Positions 7,439-15,503 of a stretch of 34,594 nucleotides of DNA are shown here, one piece after another. This stretch comes from an uncultured Bacilli bacterium. Its GTDB lineage: Bacteria; Bacillota_I; Bacilli_A; RF39; UBA660. Under the pieces are notes generated by a model that searched no databases, was not told where the DNA came from, and was given only the letters and a program-made list of their open reading frames with translations. A program made the translations under genes and the position numbers. Positions within the stretch are counted from its first letter, which is position 1, and each line of letters opens with the position of its first letter. The stretch is from the NCBI GenBank assembly GCA_947628445.1, contig CANQZX010000001.1, positions 1-34,594 on the forward strand, read 5' to 3'.

Positions 7439-8329
7439 TTATTTTATTCGTTCTTTAATTACATCATCACTGTTAATATAGCCAATAAGCAAGGAGGATT
7501 GAGGATCATGTAAATCATGATTAAGTTTAACCATCTTTTCATCATAATTAGCATAACAATAATGGCAAAAATGCGGACAGGTATTATAAACGCCAATATC
7601 GACCATTTGGACACATTGGCATTTTTGACCCGTCCGAGCTTTCCAACGAGGATATTTTTTGCCTGTTAAACGGTAAGCCATTTCGGCCGAAAGACACTCG
7701 CCCACTTTAAAACCATATTCTTCTAAGGTACGATCTTCAAAACAAGTTTGGACACTCATGCCATATTTTTGAGCAGTTTGAATAAAGCTTCGACCAATGC
7801 CTTCCAAATCAGCTTCTTGGAAGGGTTTTAAGGCCAAAGTTTGGGCATGACGGCGCACATTTTTATAGTCATCAATAAAAGATACAATAAAATGTTTAAC
7901 ATAACCATCTAATAACTGACATAATCGAGCAAAGGCCTTTTGGTGATAAGCCACATTATATTTTTCATTTAACAATATTGGATCATAACGAATATATAAA
8001 TTATCTATCCCAATAATTTGCGATAATTTTTTTATGCCCACGATAATATGGGTTTTATCCCCAACATTAGGTTCAATATCTTTTTGATAAGGGGTTAAAG
8101 TCACATGAAAAATAATCGGCTTTTTGATTTCTTCAAGATAATCTAAAATCGGCCAAGGATTTTTGGTACAAAATAAAATAGCATCCACATTTTGAAAATT
8201 AATCCGACTGACAAGATGCGGATTAAAAGGATTACGGACATCGACAAAACCTGCCCGATAGCGATTCATAAACCATTCGGTATAAAAGGCCACAATATCG
8301 GTTCGCCCACTGACATTTAAAATCATCAT
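7439..8329 (-). CDS. DUF1848 domain-containing protein
   Basis: The N terminus SGRTDIVAFYTEWFMNRYRAGFVDVRNPFNP matches my memory of DUF1848. A C-terminal CPHFCHYCY (CxxxCxxC) cluster is present. Confidence 0.7.
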   Translation of the reverse strand: MMILNVSGRTDIVAFYTEWFMNRYRAGFVDVRNPFNPHLVSRINFQNVDAILFCTKNPWPILDYLEEIKKPIIFHVTLTPYQKDIEPNVGDKTHIIVGIKKLSQIIGIDNLYIRYDPILLNEKYNVAYHQKAFARLCQLLDGYVKHFIVSFIDDYKNVRRHAQTLALKPFQEADLEGIGRSFIQTAQKYGMSVQTCFEDRTLEEYGFKVGECLSAEMAYRLTGKKYPRWKARTGQKCQCVQMVDIGVYNTCPHFCHYCYANYDEKMVKLNHDLHDPQSSLLIGYINSDDVIKERIK

Positions 8330-8363
8330 AACCTAACTTTCTTTTATAATAACGCTTGTTACC

Positions 8364-9035
8364 TTACTTACCAGCTACTAAATTGTAACTATTATCAACT
8401 AATTTTAAAATCGTAGCTAATTCTAAAGTACCATCAAGTTTAATCGTTAGCCAACTTCTTTTATTCATGTGATAGGCCGGAAAAATATGTTCATAATCTA
8501 TAACCTCGGCTACCTGATCTTTAGCATATCGTAAATTAAGAACCTCATACTTATGCGAATCTTTTAATCCTAATTTATCCCCCGTAATAACCATCAGTAA
8601 CCCATACCATTTTTGATTTGGTGCATAACGCCAGATGGCCGCATCGGGTAAATTAGCCCATAAAAACTCTAAATCAGCGTGATATTTTTCTTTAATATAT
8701 TTAATAATGGCCTTCGTTTGCTTCTTTTTAAAAATATCTTCATCCGTACATTTAGCAATAAAATCAGCAATAATATCTTCATAGGTAGCTTTAATCTCAC
8801 TAGCATATTCTCCTAAAGTAGTTTTAAGATCGACTAAAATATATTCTTCCCCACTTTTAGTATCTTTAACATGCGTGGTTACCTCACTATCTTTAATGCT
8901 AATTTCTACTTTAAATTTATTATTTTTAAGATATGTTTCATACATCCAATAGTCCTGATGTTTTTTAAAACCATATTTGCTTAACTTAGAGTAATTTAAC
9001 TTGCGATAGGCAAGCTTTTCTTTTAAATTACGCAT
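8364..9035 (-). CDS. MmcQ/YjbR family DNA-binding protein
   Basis: The C-terminal part (FPAYHMNKRSWLTIKLDG) matches the YjbR-family signature as I recall it. The N-terminal half is unassigned. Confidence 0.6.
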   Translation of the reverse strand: MRNLKEKLAYRKLNYSKLSKYGFKKHQDYWMYETYLKNNKFKVEISIKDSEVTTHVKDTKSGEEYILVDLKTTLGEYASEIKATYEDIIADFIAKCTDEDIFKKKQTKAIIKYIKEKYHADLEFLWANLPDAAIWRYAPNQKWYGLLMVITGDKLGLKDSHKYEVLNLRYAKDQVAEVIDYEHIFPAYHMNKRSWLTIKLDGTLELATILKLVDNSYNLVAGK

Positions 9036-9044
9036 TGGTAACTC

Positions 9045-9713
9045 CTATTTTTTAAATTTTTGCCAAAGGTCTTCGTTCAATTGTTCACGAATTAAAGGGA
9101 AAGCATTCCGCAACCGATTGTGTCGCCAATAATGATTAATAATTTTTCTTTTAATTTTTTCCACTTGTTCCGTATTATCTTCTTTTTTAAAAGTAATCTT
9201 TTTCAAGTGATCTGCTACCTCTAAAGATATCTTAGCATCAATCAAATAATTAATTAAAATGATAAGACAAATAATATTTAAAAACAAATTAGGAATCAAT
9301 CTTAGTTCTTTAAAAATAAAAGGATTAATAAAATTAATAATTAAAACTCCTGCTAAACCAAAATAAATTAAATATTCTAAGCATACTCGACCATTGATGT
9401 TAAATTTCTTTTGACTATAATCCCACCATCTGGCCTTATAAACCTTTTCCATAAAATAAGAAAAGAAATATTCAATGCTCCCACATAATAATAAAGAACC
9501 CAGAAAAGTAATTTCTATATTGGGCGAATTTTTTAACAAAAGAGTAATTAAGGTTGCGCCCACGCCATATATAGGAATATATGGGCCAATAAAAAAGCCC
9601 CGGTTAACAATCTTCTTTTCATGAAACCAATTGTTAATCATTTCTACTATCCAACCTATGATGGAATAAATGGTAAATAATAAAAAATACTCTTCAATTA
9701 TTCTAAGCATCAT
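9045..9713 (-). CDS. polytopic membrane protein, CmpB-like putative ABC-transporter type IV family
   Basis: YSIIGWIVEMI and GPYIPIYGVGA motifs plus multiple TM segments. The start is uncertain: the ORF-track start at 9749 is a TTG, while the ATGs at 9713 and 9710 follow GAGGAAAA. Confidence 0.55.
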   Translation of the reverse strand: MMLRIIEEYFLLFTIYSIIGWIVEMINNWFHEKKIVNRGFFIGPYIPIYGVGATLITLLLKNSPNIEITFLGSLLLCGSIEYFFSYFMEKVYKARWWDYSQKKFNINGRVCLEYLIYFGLAGVLIINFINPFIFKELRLIPNLFLNIICLIILINYLIDAKISLEVADHLKKITFKKEDNTEQVEKIKRKIINHYWRHNRLRNAFPLIREQLNEDLWQKFKK

Positions 9714-9761
9714 TTTCCTCATTTCTTTTATTATTATTCGCGATAACAATTTAAGTATAAC

Positions 9762-9797
9762 ACAAAAAGAAAGGAAAACGAATACTTTCCGTTTCCC
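9762..9797 (-). terminator. intrinsic terminator closing the lipoprotein operon
   Basis: Minus strand reads GGAAACG-loop-CGTTTTCC followed by TTTCTTTTTG. Confidence 0.6.
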
Positions 9798-9807
9798 TTA
9801 AGATTCA

Positions 9808-10506
9808 TTATTTTAATAAGGCCTTGGTTATTGTTACTTTTTCGCAACTATCACTTTTTTCATTATAAGTATATTCCTCGCTTGAGCACTTTTTAGTTGC
9901 TGTTCCTGTTTCTGTTTCCACACATTTAGAACCCTCTAATTCACCCTTCGTACAAGAATAAGTTGTTATTACTTTAACCGACTTATGACATTTAAAATCG
10001 TTGCCTAAAGTATAACCATCTTCACATTTAGCAATACTTTTTGCTTCCGCGGGGGTTTCATAACAATCTTCATTTGGTCCTTGACGACAAATCCGAATGA
10101 TACAAGCGCCATCTTTAACTCCTACTGCTTGATAATAATAACCATTACTTTCTTGATGTTGCGTGTAACTTTCCATACACTCATAATCAAATCCTGGTTG
10201 TTTCGTATCCGTAGTACTTAGACACATATCACCCTTTAGTTCATAACCAGTAGCGCAGCTTTTGTTTGCTTTAGCATTAGTTGTCGTTGTTTTAACACAC
10301 TTGCCATCGGTTACTTTAAAACCTTCTTCGCATTCGATAATAGCTTCTTCCGTAGCCACAACTTCACAATTTTCACCCTTTAGCGTGCCTTCTTCACAAT
10401 AATATTCTTTTTCGTTTGCTTTAGTTTCTTTGGTCTCTTTACTACCACAACCGGCAAAAGTTAAGACAAGGATTCCACACATTAAAATACTAAATAACTT
10501 TTTCAT
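9808..10506 (-). CDS. Cys-rich modular lipoprotein, family member 4 (most divergent)
   Basis: Signal peptide with lipobox LTFAGC. The mature part has 16 Cys arranged in repeated C-x2-G-[YFT]-x-[LV]-x-G-x2-C modules. The N and C termini are homologous to 11000-13142. Confidence 0.8.
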   Translation of the reverse strand: MKKLFSILMCGILVLTFAGCGSKETKETKANEKEYYCEEGTLKGENCEVVATEEAIIECEEGFKVTDGKCVKTTTTNAKANKSCATGYELKGDMCLSTTDTKQPGFDYECMESYTQHQESNGYYYQAVGVKDGACIIRICRQGPNEDCYETPAEAKSIAKCEDGYTLGNDFKCHKSVKVITTYSCTKGELEGSKCVETETGTATKKCSSEEYTYNEKSDSCEKVTITKALLK

Positions 10507-10521
10507 TTTTCTCCTATTTAA

Positions 10522-10983
10522 TTAATAATATACGACAACAACGCCATCATCCCGTGTTGAATTCTCAGGATCATAAATATTGTATGATACCCCATACCAA
10601 GTAGTACCACAATCATCGACAATTTCATCACAATTTACGGTAAATACCCGACTATCAACATTATCCGTTATATCAAAGAAGGCCGTACTTTGACTTTCTT
10701 TCGTGCATTCTTCTTTAGTTGCATAAAAATATTTATAATTTTTTGTAAATTTTTTGGGCGTACAAGTTTCAGTTGGAGTAGTTGTCGGAGTTTCTTCTGG
10801 AGTTTCTGTAGGGGTTTCTTCTAATTTATCTTGGGTTTCTTCTTTTTCTTCAACATCAGTTACCTTATCATCAACTACCGGAGCCGTAATATTGGTTTCG
10901 GTATTAACCTTTTCTTTATTGCCACATCCCGTTAAAAAGAAAATACAAAATAAAGCTATAACGATACCATATATCTTTTTCAA
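10522..10983 (-). CDS. lipoprotein with a Glu/Pro/Thr-rich linker (unrelated to its neighbours)
   Basis: TTG start after AGGAAGTGA. Lipobox FLTGC. Linker EETPTETPEETPTTTPTE, then a 4-Cys C-terminal domain. Confidence 0.7.
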   Translation of the reverse strand: MKKIYGIVIALFCIFFLTGCGNKEKVNTETNITAPVVDDKVTDVEEKEETQDKLEETPTETPEETPTTTPTETCTPKKFTKNYKYFYATKEECTKESQSTAFFDITDNVDSRVFTVNCDEIVDDCGTTWYGVSYNIYDPENSTRDDGVVVVYY

Positions 10984-10999
10984 AATATCACTTCCTAAA

Positions 11000-11205
11000 T
11001 TATTTTTCTAAGGCCTTCGTGGTCGTTATTTTTTCACATTGCTTACTTTCGGCATTATAAGTAAAACCATCAGTTTTACAAGTATTGGTTACCTCTTTAG
11101 TATCCGTAATCGTACATTTTGAACCACTTAATTTTCCTTCAGCACAAGTGTAGCTTGTTTTAACGGTACTTGTTTTATAACATTTACCATCAATTTCTTT
11201 GGTAT
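11000..11205. repeat. conserved 3' block of the lipoprotein genes (copy 1 of 3)
   Basis: About 200 nt nearly identical to 11733-11938 and 12447-12652. It encodes ...KCTITDTKEVTNTCKTDGFTYNAESKQCEKITTTKALEK. Confidence 0.8.
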
Positions 11206-11716
11206 CACTAGAACATGCCGTAACTGTAGTATATTCTGTTCTATTAATTTCCCCTCCATCGCATTTGCCTTCATACCAATGTGTACAAGCGCTATACCAA
11301 CATTCACCATTTTCTTCGTAAACTGTATTTTTGCTTGTTTTACCATCAATATCAGTATATTCACCAATATCAAATTCTTTAGGTAAACGGCATTCTTGAG
11401 TAGTCACTTTATCATAAGTTTCATTACTTAAACAAGTACTGCCACTTAAAGTAAAACCTTCACTGCAAGTTTTGGTGGCGGTAGCATTCATCGTTGTCGT
11501 TTTAACACATTTGCCATCCGTTTGTTTATAACCATCTTCACATGTTGCCACAGCTTCTTCGGTTTCAACTGCTTCACAATTTTTTCCTTTTAAAGTTCCT
11601 GTTTCACAATAATATTCTTTTTGATCTTCTTTTGTTTCCTTGGCTTCATTACTACCACATCCCGCAATAGTTAAAACTAGGATTCCACATAATAAAATAC
11701 TTAATCCTTTTTTCAT
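11000..11716 (-). CDS. Cys-rich modular lipoprotein, family member 3
   Basis: The ATG at 11716 follows AAGGAA. Lipobox LTIAGC. Shares the same N-terminal and C-terminal modules. Confidence 0.8.
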   Translation of the reverse strand: MKKGLSILLCGILVLTIAGCGSNEAKETKEDQKEYYCETGTLKGKNCEAVETEEAVATCEDGYKQTDGKCVKTTTMNATATKTCSEGFTLSGSTCLSNETYDKVTTQECRLPKEFDIGEYTDIDGKTSKNTVYEENGECWYSACTHWYEGKCDGGEINRTEYTTVTACSSDTKEIDGKCYKTSTVKTSYTCAEGKLSGSKCTITDTKEVTNTCKTDGFTYNAESKQCEKITTTKALEK

Positions 11717-11732
11717 AAAATTCATTCCTTAA

Positions 11733-11938
11733 TTATTTTTCTAAGGCCTTCGTGGTCGTTATTTTTTCACATTGCTTACTTTCGGCATTATAAGTAAACC
11801 CATCAGTTTTACAAGTGTTAGTTACTTCTTTAGTATCGGTAATCGTACATTTTGAACCACTTAATTTTCCTTCTTTACAAGTATAAGTTGTTTTTACGGT
11901 ACTTGTTTTATAACATTTACCATCAATTTCTTTCGTAC
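11733..11938. repeat. conserved 3' block of the lipoprotein genes (copy 2 of 3)
   Basis: See 11000-11205. Confidence 0.8.
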
Positions 11939-12425
11939 CACTTGGACAGGCATTAACTGTCGTTGGTTCATATTCTTCTATTACACCATCCATACATATA
12001 TCATCTCTGTATTTAACACACATAGATGTTGAACATTTGCCTTCATCATTCAAACTACCTTTTGTAAAACCTTCAGCCGCTAAATCTTGAGGTAAAATAC
12101 ATTCTTGCGTTGCTACTTTTTCGGTTGCTTCATTACTGACACATGTACCGCCATTTAAAGTATAGCCATCACTACAAGTTTTCGTAGCTGCAGCTTTTAT
12201 AGTCGTCGTTTTAACACATTTACCATCTGTTAGTTTATAGTCATCTTCGCACGTTGCCACAGATTCTTCTGTTTCAACTGTTTCACAATTTTTTCCCTTT
12301 AAAGTTCCTGTTTCACAATAATATTCTTTTTGATCTTCTTTGGCTTCTTTAGCTTCATTACTACCACATCCCGTAATAGTTAAAGCTAAGATTCCACATA
12401 GTAAAATATTTAATGCTTTTTTCAT
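11733..12425 (-). CDS. Cys-rich modular lipoprotein, family member 2
   Basis: Lipobox LTITGC. The N-terminal roughly 90 aa and C-terminal roughly 66 aa are nearly identical to its neighbours, while the core is different. Confidence 0.8.
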   Translation of the reverse strand: MKKALNILLCGILALTITGCGSNEAKEAKEDQKEYYCETGTLKGKNCETVETEESVATCEDDYKLTDGKCVKTTTIKAAATKTCSDGYTLNGGTCVSNEATEKVATQECILPQDLAAEGFTKGSLNDEGKCSTSMCVKYRDDICMDGVIEEYEPTTVNACPSGTKEIDGKCYKTSTVKTTYTCKEGKLSGSKCTITDTKEVTNTCKTDGFTYNAESKQCEKITTTKALEK

Positions 12426-12446
12426 AAAAATTTCTTCCTTCCTAAA

Positions 12447-12652
12447 TTATTTTTCTAAGGCCTTCGTGGTCGTTATTTTTTCACATTGTTTACTTTCGGC
12501 ATTATAAGTAAAGCCATCCGTTTTACAAGTATTGGTTACTTCTTTCGTATCGGTAATGGTGCATTTAGAACCACTTAATTTGCCTTCTTTGCAAGTATAA
12601 GTCGTTTTTACGGTGCTTGTCGTATAGCATTTGCCATCGACTTCTTTCATAC
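12447..12652. repeat. conserved 3' block of the lipoprotein genes (copy 3 of 3)
   Basis: See 11000-11205. Confidence 0.8.
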
Positions 12653-13142
12653 CATTTTCACAGCCTAATTCATAAATTGGTTCAACATAATCTTCATAGC
12701 AATCGGTACCATCAGCATTTTGACAAATTTGCACGATACATTTATGATCTTCCGCCCGCACTGAACGATAGTAATAATTTCGTTCCGGATCATAAGCAAA
12801 TTTTTCTTGAATGCCACCGCGACAAGCGGGAACTAATTCACGATCGACACCAGTTTTGCTAAGGCAACTACCATTTTTAAGTTCATAACCATCACTGCAA
12901 GTTTTGGTGGCTGTAGCTTTTACGCTTGTTGTTTTAACACATTTACCATCGGTTAATTTATAACCATCTTCGCAAGTTAACTCGGCTTCTTCCGTGGCTA
13001 TAACTTCACAATTTTGGCCCTTTAATGTACCCTCTTCGCAATAATATTCTTTTTGATCAACAAGCGCTTCTTTTGTTTCACCACAGCCAGCAAGTGTTAA
13101 AATAAGCACACCACATAATAAAAATTGCATAGTTTTTTTCAT
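12447..13142 (-). CDS. Cys-rich modular lipoprotein, family member 1 (operon-proximal)
   Basis: The true start is the ATG at 13142 (MKKTMQFLLCGVLILTLAGC), 8 nt after AGGAG. The ORF-track N-terminal extension merely reads through the TA tract. The core resembles that of member 4. Confidence 0.8.
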   Translation of the reverse strand: MKKTMQFLLCGVLILTLAGCGETKEALVDQKEYYCEEGTLKGQNCEVIATEEAELTCEDGYKLTDGKCVKTTSVKATATKTCSDGYELKNGSCLSKTGVDRELVPACRGGIQEKFAYDPERNYYYRSVRAEDHKCIVQICQNADGTDCYEDYVEPIYELGCENGMKEVDGKCYTTSTVKTTYTCKEGKLSGSKCTITDTKEVTNTCKTDGFTYNAESKQCEKITTTKALEK

Positions 13143-13167
13143 ATCAATAAGCTCCTTTCTTACTTTT

Positions 13168-13196
13168 ATTATATATATATATATATATGAACGCAA
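13168..13196 (-). promoter_or_regulatory. promoter with a (TA)n spacer for the lipoprotein operon
   Basis: Minus strand reads TTGCGT (13191-13196), a 17-nt spacer made of TC plus 15 nt of alternating A/T (13174-13190), then TATAAT (13168-13173). The uninterrupted alternating tract spans 13170-13188 (19 nt). Confidence 0.65.
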
Positions 13197-13248
13197 GCAT
13201 TTTTTGACTTGTGTTAATCCAAAAAAATTCCTTAAAAAGGAATTCATT

Positions 13249-14703
13249 TTAAACTAATTTATGCATTTCATATATCTTTTGGGATAAATCGGTAACAATT
13301 TTAAAATCCCGGTTGGCTTCCATGGTAAGTATAACAACGATATAAGGCTTATTATCTAGCACAATACCAACATCATGATAATAGCCACCGTAATAACCAT
13401 ATTTATGCATAATTGTCGGTGCATTAGGAAATAACAAATAATTGTAATAATCATTAATAAAGTAATTTTTTAGTTCCGTTCTTTTATTAGCATCAATATT
13501 ACTATTATTAATAAAATTATATAAATATTTCATATAGATTAATTGATCATCGACACAAGTGTTACCATAATAATCACTACTACCTCGAGTTAAAGTATAT
13601 TTAGCCCCCATTTTTGTTCCATAATTTTTTAAATTTACAAAACCAATCGTTTGAACTAATTTAGCATGGGTTTGATTATTACTTACCTCAATCGTTGGTT
13701 TAACTAAGGCCTTAAGTTCATCCGTTAAAGTCATATTCTCATAAACATATAAAGCATCTAATGTCTTAACTAAACTAGCCCCATAATATACTTGATTTGC
13801 ATTATATTTATAAGTATAACCAGTATTAATATTATAATAACCAATGCTGACTTTATAATTATTTTCCTTAATATATCTTTCTAAACTAACTTGATAGGTG
13901 GCTAAACTGTCAGTATCAAAACTATAAACAATAACTTTTCTTTGCACTGTAGCCGTATTACCCATTAAATCCGTTACGGTATAAGTTAAAGTATATGTCC
14001 CGGTTTCGTTCGAATTAACCATACCACTTACAGTAACTTTACTAGCCAAATCGCCGGAGCAATTATCTTGAGCCGTATAGCCCGGTTCCGTATATTTGGT
14101 ACCCTTACTTAAATAAATGGTACTTGCTCCCTTTAATTTAAGGTTTGGTTTTTCTTCATCGGTATATTTTATCGTACGCGTGACCTCACTTTGATTATGG
14201 GAAGAATCACTAACCCGATAATAAATTGTATTACCTTCTTGGCTAACTTTAACTTGATCGGTAATATCGCCATCATAATTATCATAAGCCTTATAGCCTG
14301 GTTCCACATATCCTTTACCCGTGCAAGCTTTAATTTCTGTAGCCCCACTTAATTCAATTTGGGGTGCTTCCTTTTCCGTAATTTCCACTTGGCGTTTCAA
14401 CATATATTGTTTATTTTGATTATTTAACGCATAATTAATAGTAAAAGTTCCTATTTTTCCGGGTTCAATATTATTTTCGACTTGCACCACAGCTTTAAGA
14501 TTTTGACAGAAAAATAAATTACATCTTTGTGCAATAAACCCCTCTTCATGATAAGAGTCACTCAAATCTAAAGAATATATTTTGTCTCCTTTTAATTTAA
14601 ATTCCAATTGAAAAGTAAAGAAAGCCCATAAAATAAAAGATAACAAAATTAAAATTATCAAGATATCACTAAAAATTAAAAATCCTTGGTTATTTTTTTT
14701 CAT
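13249..14703 (-). CDS. membrane-anchored protein: two Ig-like (DUF5011-type) domains fused to a class-A beta-lactamase-like serine hydrolase domain
   Basis: The ATG at 14703 follows AGGAG and precedes an N-terminal TM segment. Two repeats have the pattern P-x-[IL]-x-L-x-G...EPGY-x-A-x-D-x-x-x-GD[IL]. The C-terminal domain has YYGASLVKT (S-x-x-K), VSNN (SDN-like) and HKYG (KTG-like). Confidence 0.7.
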   Translation of the reverse strand: MKKNNQGFLIFSDILIILILLSFILWAFFTFQLEFKLKGDKIYSLDLSDSYHEEGFIAQRCNLFFCQNLKAVVQVENNIEPGKIGTFTINYALNNQNKQYMLKRQVEITEKEAPQIELSGATEIKACTGKGYVEPGYKAYDNYDGDITDQVKVSQEGNTIYYRVSDSSHNQSEVTRTIKYTDEEKPNLKLKGASTIYLSKGTKYTEPGYTAQDNCSGDLASKVTVSGMVNSNETGTYTLTYTVTDLMGNTATVQRKVIVYSFDTDSLATYQVSLERYIKENNYKVSIGYYNINTGYTYKYNANQVYYGASLVKTLDALYVYENMTLTDELKALVKPTIEVSNNQTHAKLVQTIGFVNLKNYGTKMGAKYTLTRGSSDYYGNTCVDDQLIYMKYLYNFINNSNIDANKRTELKNYFINDYYNYLLFPNAPTIMHKYGYYGGYYHDVGIVLDNKPYIVVILTMEANRDFKIVTDLSQKIYEMHKLV

Positions 14704-14712
14704 AGTCAACTC

Positions 14713-15429
14713 CTAATATAGCTTTTTATCCAAATTTTTAAGAAACTTTTCGGCTTCTAATAGAGCCTCATTATAAAGCGGGGTAAACTCATTTAAACTG
14801 ACATCTAATTCTTCCTTCGTAAAATGATATGCTAAGTATCCCAATTCTTGCTTATTTAAAAGCCGATAAAAAAATCTTTTTATTCCCCATTTATCAAAGC
14901 GATATAACCATAAAAAAGGATAAACATTATTTATTCTGTGCAACACTCTTTTCGTAATATGGGGCTTATGAAAGTAATTATTAAAAATGCGCGTAAATTC
15001 TTGTTTAAAATCTTTAGTTAATTTTAAATGATGGGGAATTTCTTTCTTTATTTGATTTAAGTCATTTATTTTAACATCAATGACGCTTTCTAAAAACCCA
15101 TGTTTATGGTTATCATATGCGGTTACATTATTAATATACGGATGCACTTTATGATCTAATATTTCATGAGCTAAATAACCATATAAAAAACTTTTTAACT
15201 CATTATTATCTGTTTTACAATTTTTCGCAAAGACTTTTATATTAATTTTTTGGATTTCTTTAGTATAACTAAAATATTTTTTATGCCCTGGATATTCCCA
15301 AAGATGTAAAAAATAATTTAAATCATGTCCTTGATTACCCATGACAAAAAAATCTTTATTTAAAGATGTCATTTGTAAGCGGTTATATAAATCATTAGCA
15401 AATTTAAAATGAGTTAAGGTTCCTGCCAT
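14713..15429 (-). CDS. zinc-dependent phospholipase C-like family protein
   Basis: His-rich motifs GTLTHF, GNQGHD and GYLAHEILDHKVHPY resemble the Zn-dependent PLC fold family. The start is the ATG at 15429; the ORF-track start is a GTG. Confidence 0.55.
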   Translation of the reverse strand: MAGTLTHFKFANDLYNRLQMTSLNKDFFVMGNQGHDLNYFLHLWEYPGHKKYFSYTKEIQKINIKVFAKNCKTDNNELKSFLYGYLAHEILDHKVHPYINNVTAYDNHKHGFLESVIDVKINDLNQIKKEIPHHLKLTKDFKQEFTRIFNNYFHKPHITKRVLHRINNVYPFLWLYRFDKWGIKRFFYRLLNKQELGYLAYHFTKEELDVSLNEFTPLYNEALLEAEKFLKNLDKKLY

Positions 15430-15503
15430 AAAAATCACAAGATTATTTTAATCATTATTTCTAATTCTGTCAAATTATAGTATAATTATAATGGTGAAGT
15501 AAG

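Noticed and set aside
4901-13188. The TA tracts, or the repeated lipoprotein gene ends, as a CRISPR array or other spacer-repeat structure
   Set aside because: The repeats are either simple dinucleotide runs or roughly 200-nt coding blocks inside intact ORFs. There are no 25-40-nt repeats with regular unique spacers, and no cas genes.
13143-13247. N-terminal extension of the first lipoprotein ORF (track start 13247)
   Set aside because: The extension translates the TA tract as YIYIYII and lacks an RBS. A canonical AGGAG-ATG-signal-peptide-lipobox start exists at 13142.
14693-14700. A8 homopolymer immediately after the start codon of the DUF5011/beta-lactamase-like gene as a frameshift-type phase switch
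   Set aside because: Eight residues is short for efficient slippage, and AAA-AAA Lys codons after the ATG are common in this AT-rich genome. There is no supporting feature.
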